From positions 2,624,001 through 2,688,000 of the forward strand of contig OZ244065.1 of NCBI GenBank assembly GCA_965215505.1: a DNA stretch of 64,000 nt, written 5' to 3'. The position numbers and the translations under genes were made by a program. The stretch comes from Capsulimonadaceae bacterium (GTDB lineage Bacteria > Armatimonadota > Armatimonadia > Armatimonadales > Capsulimonadaceae). Under the pieces are notes generated by a model. That model was not told where the DNA came from and did no database searches. It saw only the letters and a list, made by a program, of their open reading frames with translations. Shown in pieces: positions 37,038 to 47,043 of this stretch. Within the stretch, counting starts at the first letter, position 1, and every line of letters starts with the position of its first letter.

Positions 37038-39179
37038 CTATCTCAGATGCAGCAGCGAGTAGGCGATCAGCAGGCCCGTCCCGCCGATGATCCAGCGCCA
37101 GAGCTGCCAGCGCCCCCACCCCTGCGGGCTGAGGGCCAGCGCGAAGGTCTGCAAGACCAGCAGGACGACGATGGGAGTCACGGTTTCCACCAATGCCAGG
37201 TGTGCCGAAGCCGTATTCCCGCCGAAGTTCTGGGCCGTCCGCCAGGCGCACCAGGCGTTCAAGCCGGCTAGGCCCAGCGGGAGCAGGCGCGGGGGCCAGG
37301 CGAGGTCGGCGGCGAAGGTCAGGGCGAACAGGGCCAGGAAGAGCAGGCCGCTGGCGACGAAGCCCGGCTGCCACCCGTGGCCCAGGCCGGAGTGGGAGAG
37401 GTGCGCGTACAGGCCGACGGCGGCGGGCAGGGCGGCGCAGAGCAGCAGGGGCAGATACCACAAGCCGATGCGCGTCCAGGACAGACGGGCCGGCAGGATA
37501 CTGGCCGAGACGGCGATCTCCTGGCGGCCTCCCGAGGTTTCCAGGACCACGGTTTCCTGGTAGGCGGCGGGGGCGGCCAGGACGGCGTCCGTCTGGGCGG
37601 TGAGCGTTAGTGTCTGCCGCTTGCGCGTCGAGAAGGCGGGCGGCTCGACCCGGACCCAGCCGGGCGCGGCGGCGACGCGGCCCTCCAGGACGCCCCCGCC
37701 CTCGCTGCTCAGGGTCAGCCGGCAGGCCCGGCTCTGGCCCCGGCGCAGGACGCCGAAGTCTACGCGCGAGTCGCTGAGGACGACGGCCGCCCCGGCGAGG
37801 GCGGCGTGTTCCCGGACCAGCTTCCGGGCGGTGGGGTGGGCGGCCAAAGCCCCTTCCAGAACGAGCGCGGCCCCGGCCGTGTCGCCGGTCGCGCGCAGGG
37901 CGGCGGCCAGCTCTTGCGGGTATTCGGGGCGGGTCGGGTCGAGACGGGCGGCCCGGCGCAGCAGGGGGACCGCCTCGGAGAAGTAGCGCCCGCCGCGCGC
38001 CAGCCGCTGGCCCTCGCCGAAGGCGCGGCGGGCCTCATCGGCGGTTTCCATGCCGGCCCGGTAGAGGAAGTCGCGCAGCTTGTCGTCATCATCCCGGTCC
38101 GCGTCCCGCGCCACGTCCTCGGCGACGGCGGCGAGGGGGTCCTCGCCGACCGCGCGGAGCCAGCGGGCCAGCGCGCCGCCGACGAGCGCCTCGCGGGACG
38201 CCTCCCAGCGGTCGGGGGCGTGGGCGAGGAAGACGTCGATGTCGGCGACGCCGTCCGGGAAGCCGGACAGGGTCGGCGGCGCACCCATCGGGACGGGCGG
38301 GGTGGCGTAGACCGCTGCATGAACGGAGGACGCGGGGCCGGTCCCCGTAGGGGCGGGGTTCCCCCGCCCTTCCTGTGCCGGTTGCAGTGCGCGCAGGTCG
38401 GCGGCCATGGACGCCGCGTCGCGGTAGCGGGCGGACTTGTCGCGAGCCAGGGCGTAGGAGACGATGGCTTCAAGCTGCGGCGGCAGATCGGGCCGGAGCG
38501 TGTGGGCGGGGACGACGGGGTCGTTCTCGATGGCCCGCTTCCAGGCGAACGGGTCTTTGGACTTGGGCACCTGGAAGGGACGCCGGCCCGTCAGCATCTC
38601 GTAGAGGATGACGCCGACGGCCCAGATGTCCGATTGTCGGTCGGAATGCTCCTCGGGGTGGAAGTCCTCGGGGGCCATGTAGGCGTAGGTGCCCGCGCCT
38701 CCCGCGAACGAGTGCGTCCCCAGCACTTCGGCCAGGCCGAAGTCCACCAGCTTGACCACGCCCTCGCGGGTCAGCAGGATGTTGGCGGGCTTGATGTCCC
38801 GGTGAACGGTGCGGCGGGAGTGGGCGTAAGCCAGACCGTCGCAGATCTGGGCGGCGATGTCGAGGGCCTGGGGGATGGGGAGCTGCGGGGTTTCGCGCAG
38901 GACGTCCTGGAGGTTGCGCCCCCGGATGTACTCCATGTCAATGACGACCTTGCCGCCGATCTCGTCCACGCTGTTGACCTGGACGATGTTCGGGTGGCGC
39001 AGTCGGTCCAGCACGCGGGCCTCTTCCAGAAACCGGTGCTTTTCTTCCCCTTGGGCTGAAATTTCTTTCAGGGCGACCTGTTTACCCAGCAGCGTGTCTT
39101 TGGCGAGGTAGACGATGCCGGACGTCCCGTGCCCCAGCACGTCCAGCCGCTCGTATTTGCCCAGCATCTCCAGAGGCAT
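37038..39179 (-). CDS. Hanks-type Ser/Thr protein kinase with TPR/Ig-like region and C-terminal TM helices
   Basis: LGHGTSGIVY, VALK, HRDIKPAN, DFG, YMAPE, SDIWAVG. Confidence 0.93.
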   Translation of the reverse strand: MPLEMLGKYERLDVLGHGTSGIVYLAKDTLLGKQVALKEISAQGEEKHRFLEEARVLDRLRHPNIVQVNSVDEIGGKVVIDMEYIRGRNLQDVLRETPQLPIPQALDIAAQICDGLAYAHSRRTVHRDIKPANILLTREGVVKLVDFGLAEVLGTHSFAGGAGTYAYMAPEDFHPEEHSDRQSDIWAVGVILYEMLTGRRPFQVPKSKDPFAWKRAIENDPVVPAHTLRPDLPPQLEAIVSYALARDKSARYRDAASMAADLRALQPAQEGRGNPAPTGTGPASSVHAAVYATPPVPMGAPPTLSGFPDGVADIDVFLAHAPDRWEASREALVGGALARWLRAVGEDPLAAVAEDVARDADRDDDDKLRDFLYRAGMETADEARRAFGEGQRLARGGRYFSEAVPLLRRAARLDPTRPEYPQELAAALRATGDTAGAALVLEGALAAHPTARKLVREHAALAGAAVVLSDSRVDFGVLRRGQSRACRLTLSSEGGGVLEGRVAAAPGWVRVEPPAFSTRKRQTLTLTAQTDAVLAAPAAYQETVVLETSGGRQEIAVSASILPARLSWTRIGLWYLPLLLCAALPAAVGLYAHLSHSGLGHGWQPGFVASGLLFLALFALTFAADLAWPPRLLPLGLAGLNAWCAWRTAQNFGGNTASAHLALVETVTPIVVLLVLQTFALALSPQGWGRWQLWRWIIGGTGLLIAYSLLHLR

Positions 39180-39190
39180 CGGGAACCCTC

Positions 39191-40855
39191 CTAGAGCTGG
39201 CCCCCGCCGCGCCGGTAGCCGTAGTGGCGATACCCGTAGTGGCGGAAGTGACGGCCGCCGGACGCGGGGGCGGCGGGCACAGCCTCGGCGGGCGGCAGTG
39301 CCGGGAGCAGGGAGGCGGCGGGCGCGGCCGGCTTGGGTGCAGGGGCGGGGATGGGCGGCAGCGGCGTGGTAGACGGGTGCGCGTGCAGGACCTTCAGCCG
39401 CTCGGCGTCAATGAGGTAGATCGTGCCGTCCCCGGCCACGCCGATCGCCTGGGGATTGAGGAGCGTCTTGGGCTTGCCGGGCGTGTTGCGGGCGACGAGG
39501 CCCAACGGGACGCCGTTCGGGCTGTACTTGGTGATCGTCTTGGCGAGGGCGTCCGACACATACAGGTCGCCCAGCGGGTCGGTCGCCGTGTGCAGCGTGA
39601 CGCCGTTCGCCCCCAATGCCCCGGCGGGGGCGGGTGCCTGGGGCTTGATGAAGGGCAGGGCGTACTTGTAACGCACGCCGTCCGCCCCGAGCGCGACCAT
39701 TGTGCCGGAGAGGGTCGCGGCCGTCACCAGGCCGCTCTGCGCGCTGACCGTCAGGAAGCCGCCACGCACGGGGTTGAAGTAGAAGGCGGTTGGGGCGTCA
39801 TAGGCGACATGGGCCGGGTCGAGCGGCTTGGGCGCGGGCGGCGGGGTTGGCCGGACGGCGAAGGGCGGGGCGGCCCGGAACGTGTACCCGTCATGGGCCA
39901 TGAGGCGGGCCAGCCAGCCGGTCGCGGTCGCGCCAGCCGCCAGGAACAGGACGGCGAGGATCGGCCACAGGACCGACCCGCGCCGGCGGGCGGGCAGCGC
40001 GGCGGGGGCGAGGCCGTCGTCCTCGTCCTCCGCCTCTTCCTCGCGGCGCATGTCGCCGGGCCGGGCGAGGTCGGCGACCTGCATCCGCAGAGTGCGCGTG
40101 CCGGCCTGGAGGCGGGCGACGACGGCGGTGATGTTGTCCTTGCCGCCGTTCCGGTTCGCCATCCCGACGAGCTTGTCGGCGGCGTTCTGCGGGGATGCGG
40201 ACTGCGCCAAAGTGCGCGCGATGTCCTCCTCGTCCACCATGTTGCTCAGGCCGTCGGTGCAGAGCAGGAGGGTGTCGCCGGGGCGGACCTCGGCGTCCGT
40301 GACCTCGGCCTCCAGGGTCGGCTCGATGCCGACGGCGCGGGTGATGATGTTGCGGAAGCGGGACTTGCGCGCGCCCTCCTCGGTGATCGCCCCGGCCCGC
40401 ACCTGCTCGGCGACATAGGAGTGGTCGGCGGTGAGCTGGATCAAAGCGCCCTCGCGCAGCAGGTAGGCGCGGCTGTCCCCGGCGTGGGCCACATACACCC
40501 GCTCGCCCTCGATGACGGCGGCGACGCAGGTCGTCCCCATCCCCTTGCGGTCGTCATCGGCGCTCGCCAGCTCGTAGACGCGGGCGTTGGCTTTCCGCAG
40601 GGCGGAGGCGAGGACGTCCGCCATGACGACCTCGCCGCCGTCTCGGCTGTCCAGCATCTCGGCCAGCGACTCCTCGACGGTCTCCACGGCGGCGGCGGCG
40701 GCCTGCTCGCCGAAGGAGCGCCCGCCCATGCCGTCGGCGATGATCAGGACTCCGTCGGCCCGCATCCCGCGCCGGCGCGTGTCCACGACGGAGAACTGGT
40801 CCTCATTGTTGGGCCGCTGCCCCTTGTCTGTTTTCGCTCCCGCACTGACATTCAT
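39191..40855 (-). CDS. PP2C/Stp1-type Ser/Thr phosphatase with TM helix and NHL-like external domain
   Basis: RPNNED, IADGMGG, MGTT, AGDSRAY, LCTDGL, GGKDNIT. Confidence 0.93.
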   Translation of the reverse strand: MNVSAGAKTDKGQRPNNEDQFSVVDTRRRGMRADGVLIIADGMGGRSFGEQAAAAAVETVEESLAEMLDSRDGGEVVMADVLASALRKANARVYELASADDDRKGMGTTCVAAVIEGERVYVAHAGDSRAYLLREGALIQLTADHSYVAEQVRAGAITEEGARKSRFRNIITRAVGIEPTLEAEVTDAEVRPGDTLLLCTDGLSNMVDEEDIARTLAQSASPQNAADKLVGMANRNGGKDNITAVVARLQAGTRTLRMQVADLARPGDMRREEEAEDEDDGLAPAALPARRRGSVLWPILAVLFLAAGATATGWLARLMAHDGYTFRAAPPFAVRPTPPPAPKPLDPAHVAYDAPTAFYFNPVRGGFLTVSAQSGLVTAATLSGTMVALGADGVRYKYALPFIKPQAPAPAGALGANGVTLHTATDPLGDLYVSDALAKTITKYSPNGVPLGLVARNTPGKPKTLLNPQAIGVAGDGTIYLIDAERLKVLHAHPSTTPLPPIPAPAPKPAAPAASLLPALPPAEAVPAAPASGGRHFRHYGYRHYGYRRGGGQL

Positions 40856-41042
40856 AGGTGTAGGCTTAGTATAACCGCTGGGGGCGGAAAAGGCAAGGGG
40901 CACTGCCCTTGAAGACAGGCGCGCTCGAAGGGCGGCCCCTTCACAGGATGCTTGTTTAGGGATGCGCGTGGGGCTTCGGATGCCATGCAAACCGACAGCG
41001 GAGCGCGCTATTCCTTACCAGGAACTATTTTCAAGGGAACAC

Positions 41043-41071
41043 TTGACAAAGGTTGTAGGGTTCGCTATAAT
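41043..41071 (+). promoter_or_regulatory. Consensus sigma70 promoter
   Basis: TTGACA-N17-TATAAT. Confidence 0.85.
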
Positions 41072-41118
41072 TGCTAATATCTCCTCTGGGTCGCACCCCC
41101 TTTAGCTGACCCACTCCT

Positions 41119-41224
41119 CAACCGAGCGCTCTCGCACCAACCGAGCGCTCTCGCACCAACCGAGCGCTCTCGCACCAACCGAGCGCTCTCGCACCAACCG
41201 AGCGCTCTCGCACCAACCGAGCGC
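41119..41224. repeat. Tandem repeat 5.5 x 19 bp (CAACCGAGCGCTCTCGCAC)
   Basis: Units start at 41119, 41138, 41157, 41176, 41195 plus a partial at 41214; no spacers. Confidence 0.95.
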
Positions 41225-41288
41225 ATACGGCACGTTGTATGCGTTCCCGACAAGTTCTCGCTTTCTGCTGACTTGAAAGGAAACGCTC

Positions 41289-41861
41289 GTGAAACACCTC
41301 TTCTCCCTCCTCATCGCTCTAGCCGCGACTGCCGCTCTACTTCTCGACCTAACCGGCACTGCCAGAGCATCCGCCGTCGATGTAACCAATGCCGCCCCCA
41401 ACTCTTCCGGCTTTGCGACCTGTACCGGCGCTAACTCGGACAACAGCACCGCCACCTGGACCGTCGGAGGGCAAATCTATTTCACTTCCGAGTACCAATA
41501 CCCTCCCGCGATGGGCGTAGCTGCTGGCTTCCACAATATCCATCCCGGTGTGGTCGGCCCCTATGACACGATGGGAGGCAGTATCTGCGAATATCAGGTG
41601 ACGACCTCAAGTAATGTCAAAACGGACGGCTGTGACCCGATCGACGGCGACATGAACCTCTACTTCACTCCCTATACTGGTGGTGGCTCACCTGAGTATG
41701 TCGGGGGATATGCCATCTCTTCCCCTTCCGCCAGCACGACTTACAAAACCGCATCACAGTTCACCTTCAATGAAGTCGTGGATGCCAAAAACATCCAGTA
41801 CAAAGTGACCTCCGAGCAAGGCATGGGGGCGCTCGGCACGGTAGCCACGCCGTACCTCTAG
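41289..41861 (+). CDS. Secreted hypothetical protein
   Basis: AAGGA RBS, GTG start, signal peptide ..TARA; Thr/Ser/Gly-rich mature part. Confidence 0.7.
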   Translation: MKHLFSLLIALAATAALLLDLTGTARASAVDVTNAAPNSSGFATCTGANSDNSTATWTVGGQIYFTSEYQYPPAMGVAAGFHNIHPGVVGPYDTMGGSICEYQVTTSSNVKTDGCDPIDGDMNLYFTPYTGGGSPEYVGGYAISSPSASTTYKTASQFTFNEVVDAKNIQYKVTSEQGMGALGTVATPYL

Positions 41862-41979
41862 GTGCAAGCCCGGTCCCGGCAGGATAGATCTTCAGCCGTT
41901 GCATCCTTGCCGGGGCTGCTTTCACAACCGTGACGGCTTCATGAACGCGAATGAGCATGGAGGCTTAACAGGTGAAACC

Positions 41980-43362
41980 ATGTCCCATAACCGGTGGCTC
42001 TTACCGTCCACTATTTTCGCTGGCGTTCTTCTCCCGGTCGGCATACTGGGAGTTATCGCGGCCCGCTCGGCTCCCTTTCAAGCCGCTTCTCAAGGCGCGA
42101 AAGAAGCCGCCAAACCGTCAATAAACAGTGACGGCTCCCTCTTTGGGGAGGTCATCCCCGCCGAACTAGAGAAACCGGTGACGGTCAAGCCGTCTTGGCT
42201 GCCCCTGTCCAAGCATCTCGTCGCCCTCCAGGATGCCACCCAGGTCCCCCTCACTCGTGCCCCCTCTATGCCTGATGACATCCTTTTTGTCACTACCCCC
42301 GGCCGCACGGAGTTTTCCCTGCTCCGCCAAATGCGTCTGCTGTTGACGGATGACCGGTGGCGGGCCGAATGGGGTAGCAAGGAAGTGAGCAAAGGCAACG
42401 ATGACGTAAGCAAAGGCGAACACTCCTACCACCTGTGGCGCGAGGCGGTCAGCCCGCAGGAGCGGAAGGCCAGGATGGCTAAGGCGGCGGAGGATCGGCT
42501 GGCGAAGGTGCTGGCGCTGCTGGCGGCAGGTCCCCAAGCATGGGACGCAGCGCGGCAGGATGACCCGGAGTTATCCAACGGCCTCGGCCAGTCCATCCGC
42601 CAAGCCCCGCTCCTGTTGGCCGCCGAACTCTCCCCTGAGCAGATAGACGCCATACTGATGGGTCAGCCGCTCACCCTGAGTGTGGCAAGTATGTCTCCCC
42701 TGGACCAGGGGCGCGTGCGGCAAGCCGTCTCCGCTGTGCCCAGCAACGCCATTACCACCACTGCGACCAGCACGATAACCGGCGAGAAGAGGACTGTCTT
42801 TGATGAGCGGCACCTGCTGACGACTGGCGCGGTCGTGTTCGAGGCGGCACCGGCCGTTGGTAATCCGGGATTACTTGAGTTGGCGATGCACATCTATACG
42901 GAGCCGTCGCACGAGTTCGGGATGGGCAGCAACGGGATGCTGCTCCTGTCTGCATCCGCCTTCAACCCTAGCGAGAAACGGGAGATCGAAGAGCGGCACC
43001 GGCAGGAGGCAGCGAACGCGCTGGCCGACAAGACGCCGGGGTCCAAGATGGTGACGATTGACGCGGCGGCCAGACCGCAGCCGGGCGAGCCGGAACTTGC
43101 GGCCTACCTGCGCGCCTTCGCCGAGCAGACGAAGCTGACGGTGCTGGCACACTGGCCCCAGGACAGCAAGGCCCTGACCGACGACAAGGGCCTGCCCAAG
43201 CGGCTGCCCGCCTCCATCGTGAACCGCCCGGCGGGGGAGGCGCTGGACATCCTGTGCAAGACGTATGGCGGTGAGTGGGTGCAGGACGAGGCGACGGTTC
43301 GCCTGCGCGCCCTGCCCGCCCCGGAGCCTGTGGTCAGGAAGCCGGGCAGCCCCAGCCGGTGA
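41980..43362 (+). CDS. Exported hypothetical protein, weak secretin-N/STN-like segments
   Basis: N-terminal TM; LEKPVTV..PLSKHL..LQDATQVPL and EALDILCKTYGGEW. Confidence 0.6.
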   Translation: MSHNRWLLPSTIFAGVLLPVGILGVIAARSAPFQAASQGAKEAAKPSINSDGSLFGEVIPAELEKPVTVKPSWLPLSKHLVALQDATQVPLTRAPSMPDDILFVTTPGRTEFSLLRQMRLLLTDDRWRAEWGSKEVSKGNDDVSKGEHSYHLWREAVSPQERKARMAKAAEDRLAKVLALLAAGPQAWDAARQDDPELSNGLGQSIRQAPLLLAAELSPEQIDAILMGQPLTLSVASMSPLDQGRVRQAVSAVPSNAITTTATSTITGEKRTVFDERHLLTTGAVVFEAAPAVGNPGLLELAMHIYTEPSHEFGMGSNGMLLLSASAFNPSEKREIEERHRQEAANALADKTPGSKMVTIDAAARPQPGEPELAAYLRAFAEQTKLTVLAHWPQDSKALTDDKGLPKRLPASIVNRPAGEALDILCKTYGGEWVQDEATVRLRALPAPEPVVRKPGSPSR

Positions 43363-43379
43363 GGCGGGCGTGAAACAGG

Positions 43380-43416
43380 CAAAGGGCGGGGGTGACACAG
43401 TCACCCCCGCCCTTTG
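43380..43416. terminator. Hairpin between convergent genes
   Basis: CAAAGGGCGGGGGTGAC-ACA-GTCACCCCCGCCCTTTG. Confidence 0.8.
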
Positions 43417-43458
43417 TGCTGCCGGGGCTAGCTCCCGGACCCCTTCACCCTTTTCTTC

Positions 43459-43812
43459 TCACCCGTTCCTCCCCTTCCACGCCAGCGCGACCGCGCCCAC
43501 CGAGGCCAGCGCGAGGCAGAGGCCGTAGAAGACGTGGAAGGGGAGCGGGAACTGCGGGCTGGAGAGCGAGGCGGACGCGATCCCCGCCGCCGCCAGGCAG
43601 ATGCCGATGCGCGCGTTGACGTCGGCAGGCTTCTGCCCGAACTGGCGGGCATTGCCCAGGCTGCCGCCCGCCGCCATGCCGCGCAGCAGCAGGAACAGTC
43701 CGACGACGATGCCCAGTGTCAGGGCCAGGGCCGACTTGTGCCCGAGCGTCAGGCCCGCCACGGCCAGGAGAGTCGCCAGCACGGCGGCAAAGCGGATCAT
43801 TGAGGGGTTCAT
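43459..43812 (-). CDS. Small 4-TM membrane protein
   Basis: Hydrophobic 117-aa ORF with ATGA overlap to upstream gene. Confidence 0.7.
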   Translation of the reverse strand: MNPSMIRFAAVLATLLAVAGLTLGHKSALALTLGIVVGLFLLLRGMAAGGSLGNARQFGQKPADVNARIGICLAAAGIASASLSSPQFPLPFHVFYGLCLALASVGAVALAWKGRNG

Positions 43813-44840
43813 TGCGGGGCCGGCCCGCCCGGCGGCAGGCTCGGGCGCTGCGGGCCGCTGCCCTCCTCTTCGAGCGGGTCGCCGCCCAGGGACCGCCGGG
43901 GCGGCGCGGCGGGCGGCGGCTGGCTGAAGGAAGGCGGCGGGGGCTGCTGGCTGTAAGGAGGCTGCTGGCCGAAGGCGGGCGGCTGACCGTAAGGGGGAGC
44001 CTGGCCATAGGGCGGCGCTTGGCCGGGCGGCGGGGGCCAGACGCCCGGCGCGTAGGGCGCGGGAGCGCCGTAAGGGGCCGCGCCGTGGGGCGAGGCGGGG
44101 GCCAAGATGCCCGGCATGCCGATCATGTCCCGGTACGCCAGCGCGCCGACGATGTGTAGCATGGGGATGGTCACGAACAGCCCCAGGCCGCAGGGGATGA
44201 CGCTCGCCACGATGAGGAGCGAGAGAACAAAAAGGAACAGCGCGCCGTTCAGCCAGTCCCGCTTCATGCCCTCGATGCTCTGCGAGAGCGCCGCGACCGC
44301 CGGGCGACCGTCTGCGACCAGCGCCTGGGTCGGCAGGGCGAAGGCGGCGACGACGAACACGCCGATACAGAAGGAAACCACGCCGAGGATGTACGCAAAA
44401 AACAGGAGCAGGTTCAGGAGGAGCATCGGCGCAAAGCGCGCCCCGCCGCCGAAGGCATCACCGAGCGAGATCGGCTCCCCGCGCACCTGCTTGACGGCCA
44501 TGCCGTAAAGTGAGGCATCCTGGAAGGAGGTGAACGTCCAGGTGAACAGCGCGGCCAGCGTCTGTCCGAGCGGCGTCACATTGCTGTTCGTGCCGTACTG
44601 AATGCCCCAATGGGCACTCATTCCGCCGAACGGGCCGGGCGAGGCGACGTAGGCGCTGTTGGCGAAGACGGTTGAAATGATGCCGTCCACCACATTGCTG
44701 ACGATCCCATAGAGCAGGACCGCCACGATCCAGGTCCCCGCCTTCCCGCCGAGTATCTGCCAGGACTCCCCGATCCAGCCGAAGTTCACCCGGCCCGGCG
44801 GCATGTACCCGCCGGGCGGGCTTCCATAGGCGACGCTCAT
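43809..44840 (-). CDS. Membrane protein paralog 3 (DUF975/BPSS1780-like) with Pro/Gln-rich tail
   Basis: GRVNFGWIGESW..CGLGLFVTIP..AYRD..PGVWPPPP; AAGGAG RBS. Confidence 0.8.
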   Translation of the reverse strand: MSVAYGSPPGGYMPPGRVNFGWIGESWQILGGKAGTWIVAVLLYGIVSNVVDGIISTVFANSAYVASPGPFGGMSAHWGIQYGTNSNVTPLGQTLAALFTWTFTSFQDASLYGMAVKQVRGEPISLGDAFGGGARFAPMLLLNLLLFFAYILGVVSFCIGVFVVAAFALPTQALVADGRPAVAALSQSIEGMKRDWLNGALFLFVLSLLIVASVIPCGLGLFVTIPMLHIVGALAYRDMIGMPGILAPASPHGAAPYGAPAPYAPGVWPPPPGQAPPYGQAPPYGQPPAFGQQPPYSQQPPPPSFSQPPPAAPPRRSLGGDPLEEEGSGPQRPSLPPGGPAPQ

Positions 44841-44854
44841 GTGCTTCTCTCCTT

Positions 44855-45724
44855 CTATCGCGCCGTGGGCGGCGGGGGCCAGACGCCCGGCGGGGGCGCG
44901 GCATATTGGTACTGCGTAGGGTAGGCGGGCGGCGTCTGCGTCAGGGCGAGGTAGCCGACGGCGATGCTGATCAGGAACACGGGGTAGGTCGCCAGCATCC
45001 CGACGCCGCACACCAGCGCGCCCAGGCCGCCGACGAGCGCGGCGACGAAGTAGAAGAAGGTGGCCATCAGCCACTGGCCTTTCAGCAGGCGGACACTGCC
45101 CAGGAGGGCGTCGGCGGCATCCTTGCCCGCATCCACCACCAGCAGCGGGGCGAACATGAGTAGGGACTCCAGCACGATGTCGGGAAGCCAGACGACCGCA
45201 TTGACGATGGACACGGCGGCGGTCGGCGCGAGGGACAGGTGCAGGAGCCACACGCCCAGGCCCCCGACAAGGCCCACGGCGGCGGGGGCGACGATACCGA
45301 CCATGAAGAGCGGCACGGCCTGGGGGAAGGCGGAGAACAGGCCGAGCGGGGAGATCGGCTCGCCGCGCCGCTGCATCAGCGCCATGCGGTAAAGCCCCCC
45401 GAAGAAGACGGCGTTATACCCGCCGGCCAGCACGGCGAAGACGTGGCCCACGGCGTACTGGGTGAGCGGGTTCTGGGCGGGCGGGCGCGGGGCCGTCGGG
45501 TGGAAGATCGTCTGGAAGGCGTGCTGCAAGGTCGCCAGCGTGCCGGTCGGAATCGCCCAGAGCAGCCACAAGACCATGCTGATCAGGAAGAACAAAAAGG
45601 ACGCCCCAACCCATGCGCCCGCCTGCGCCGCGAACAGCGACCACGCCTCGCCGATCCAGCCGAAATCCACGCGGCCCGTCGGCGGCGCATATCCGCCCGG
45701 CGGACCTCCGTAAGCAACGCTCAT
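44855..45724 (-). CDS. Membrane protein paralog 2
   Basis: GRVDFGWIGEAW..CGVGMLATYP..PGVWPPPP. Confidence 0.8.
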   Translation of the reverse strand: MSVAYGGPPGGYAPPTGRVDFGWIGEAWSLFAAQAGAWVGASFLFFLISMVLWLLWAIPTGTLATLQHAFQTIFHPTAPRPPAQNPLTQYAVGHVFAVLAGGYNAVFFGGLYRMALMQRRGEPISPLGLFSAFPQAVPLFMVGIVAPAAVGLVGGLGVWLLHLSLAPTAAVSIVNAVVWLPDIVLESLLMFAPLLVVDAGKDAADALLGSVRLLKGQWLMATFFYFVAALVGGLGALVCGVGMLATYPVFLISIAVGYLALTQTPPAYPTQYQYAAPPPGVWPPPPTAR

Positions 45725-45749
45725 GTTTGTTCTTTCTCCACGGACCCGC

Positions 45750-46694
45750 CTACGCCGTGGGCGCGGGCGGCCAGACGCCCGGCGCGGCGGGCGGATGATA
45801 CGGGGCGGGCGGCGGCAGGATGTCCGGCATCCCGGCGAGGTCCCGATAGGCCAGGGCGGTCACCAGGAAGATCATGGGGACCGTCACCAGCATCCCGAGG
45901 AAGCAGAGGAGCTGGCTGACATAGTAGAGCAGGCCCATGACGAACACGAACCCGGCGGCGGGCAGCCAGTGCGCCTTCATCGCCTGGGCACTGCGCCGCA
46001 GGGCCGGGAAGGCGCGGACGCCGTCGGCCATCAGCGGGAAGGCGGGCAGCAGCAGGGCCGTCAGGGCGAGGGAGGAACACAGCCACACGACCAGACCCAC
46101 GACGAATGTCACGGCTGTCGCCGCCGTGGAGGCGTGGCGCAGGACCAGGATGTACCCCGGCCCCAGGCCGATCGCTTCCAGGGCGTAGGAGGCGAAGTAC
46201 AGCAGGAACATCGCCCCCAGCATCCGCCAGAACAGCGGCCCGCCCGCGAAGATGTCCCGGAAGGTTAGGGCCAGCCCGCGCACCTGCCGGACGGCCATGC
46301 GGAACATGCCGCCGAACAGAAAGGCGGAGTAGAGGGAGAAGACGAAGAGGACGGCGAATTCTACGGTTATGATCCTGCCCGTGTTGCCGGGCGCGAAGAT
46401 CGCAGGCGGGGCGGGCGCGGGCACCACCGCCCCCGGAGCCGGCGGATGGGGCGGGAAGCCGCCGGGGAACATGGAGGCGATGATGTAGACGTAGAAGGCA
46501 ATCGCGACGACCGCGAAGGGGCCGATGAGGGCCAGGACGGCGACGACCCAGAGGCCCGCATGGGCCATGAAGAACTGCCAGGCCTCATTGATCCAGCCGA
46601 AGTCCACCCGCTTGGCCGGCGGCGCGTAGACGCCGGGGTAGCCGCCCGCCGGGTATTCTCCTGCCGGGTACTGCCCGCTCGTCGGGACGCTCAT
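45750..46694 (-). CDS. Membrane protein paralog 1
   Basis: RVDFGWINEAW..CFLGMLVTVP..AYRD..PGVWPPAP. Confidence 0.8.
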   Translation of the reverse strand: MSVPTSGQYPAGEYPAGGYPGVYAPPAKRVDFGWINEAWQFFMAHAGLWVVAVLALIGPFAVVAIAFYVYIIASMFPGGFPPHPPAPGAVVPAPAPPAIFAPGNTGRIITVEFAVLFVFSLYSAFLFGGMFRMAVRQVRGLALTFRDIFAGGPLFWRMLGAMFLLYFASYALEAIGLGPGYILVLRHASTAATAVTFVVGLVVWLCSSLALTALLLPAFPLMADGVRAFPALRRSAQAMKAHWLPAAGFVFVMGLLYYVSQLLCFLGMLVTVPMIFLVTALAYRDLAGMPDILPPPAPYHPPAAPGVWPPAPTA

Positions 46695-46878
46695 GCCTAT
46701 TCCCCTCCCCCTTGCCGTGAACACTGGAACGATGGGAGGGTGTTCGGCGCGGGGGGCGGGTTTTCCTGCATGAAGCCCAGCGGCAAGAAAGGCGCGGGAA
46801 GATGAAGAAGAGCAGGGAAGATGAGAAAAGGCGGGTGAAGAGCAGAACGCGAGAAAGAAAGGCGAACACCTCCAGGAA

Positions 46879-47016
46879 GGGCGAACACAAGGTTCGCCCC
46901 TACATCCGTTCGCACATCCCTTCCGTCTGCCCCGTAGGGGCGAACCTTGTGTTCGCCCTTCCCACCCGTCCGCGCCCTTCCCGTCCGCGCCCTTCCCGTC
47001 CGCGCCCTTCCCGTCC
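46879..47016. repeat. GTAG-type REP inverted pair plus 3 x 15 bp tandem repeat
   Basis: GGGCGAACACAAGGTTCGCCCCTAC (46879-46903) and exact reverse complement (46934-46958); CCCGTCCGCGCCCTT x3 from 46965. Confidence 0.88.
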
Positions 47017-47043
47017 CTGGCCCTTCCTCTCCGCGCGTCTGCC

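Noticed and set aside
41119-41224. CRISPR array (also considered for 14426, 52091 and 1121 arrays)
   Set aside because: Units are directly adjacent with no unique spacers, and no cas genes are present.
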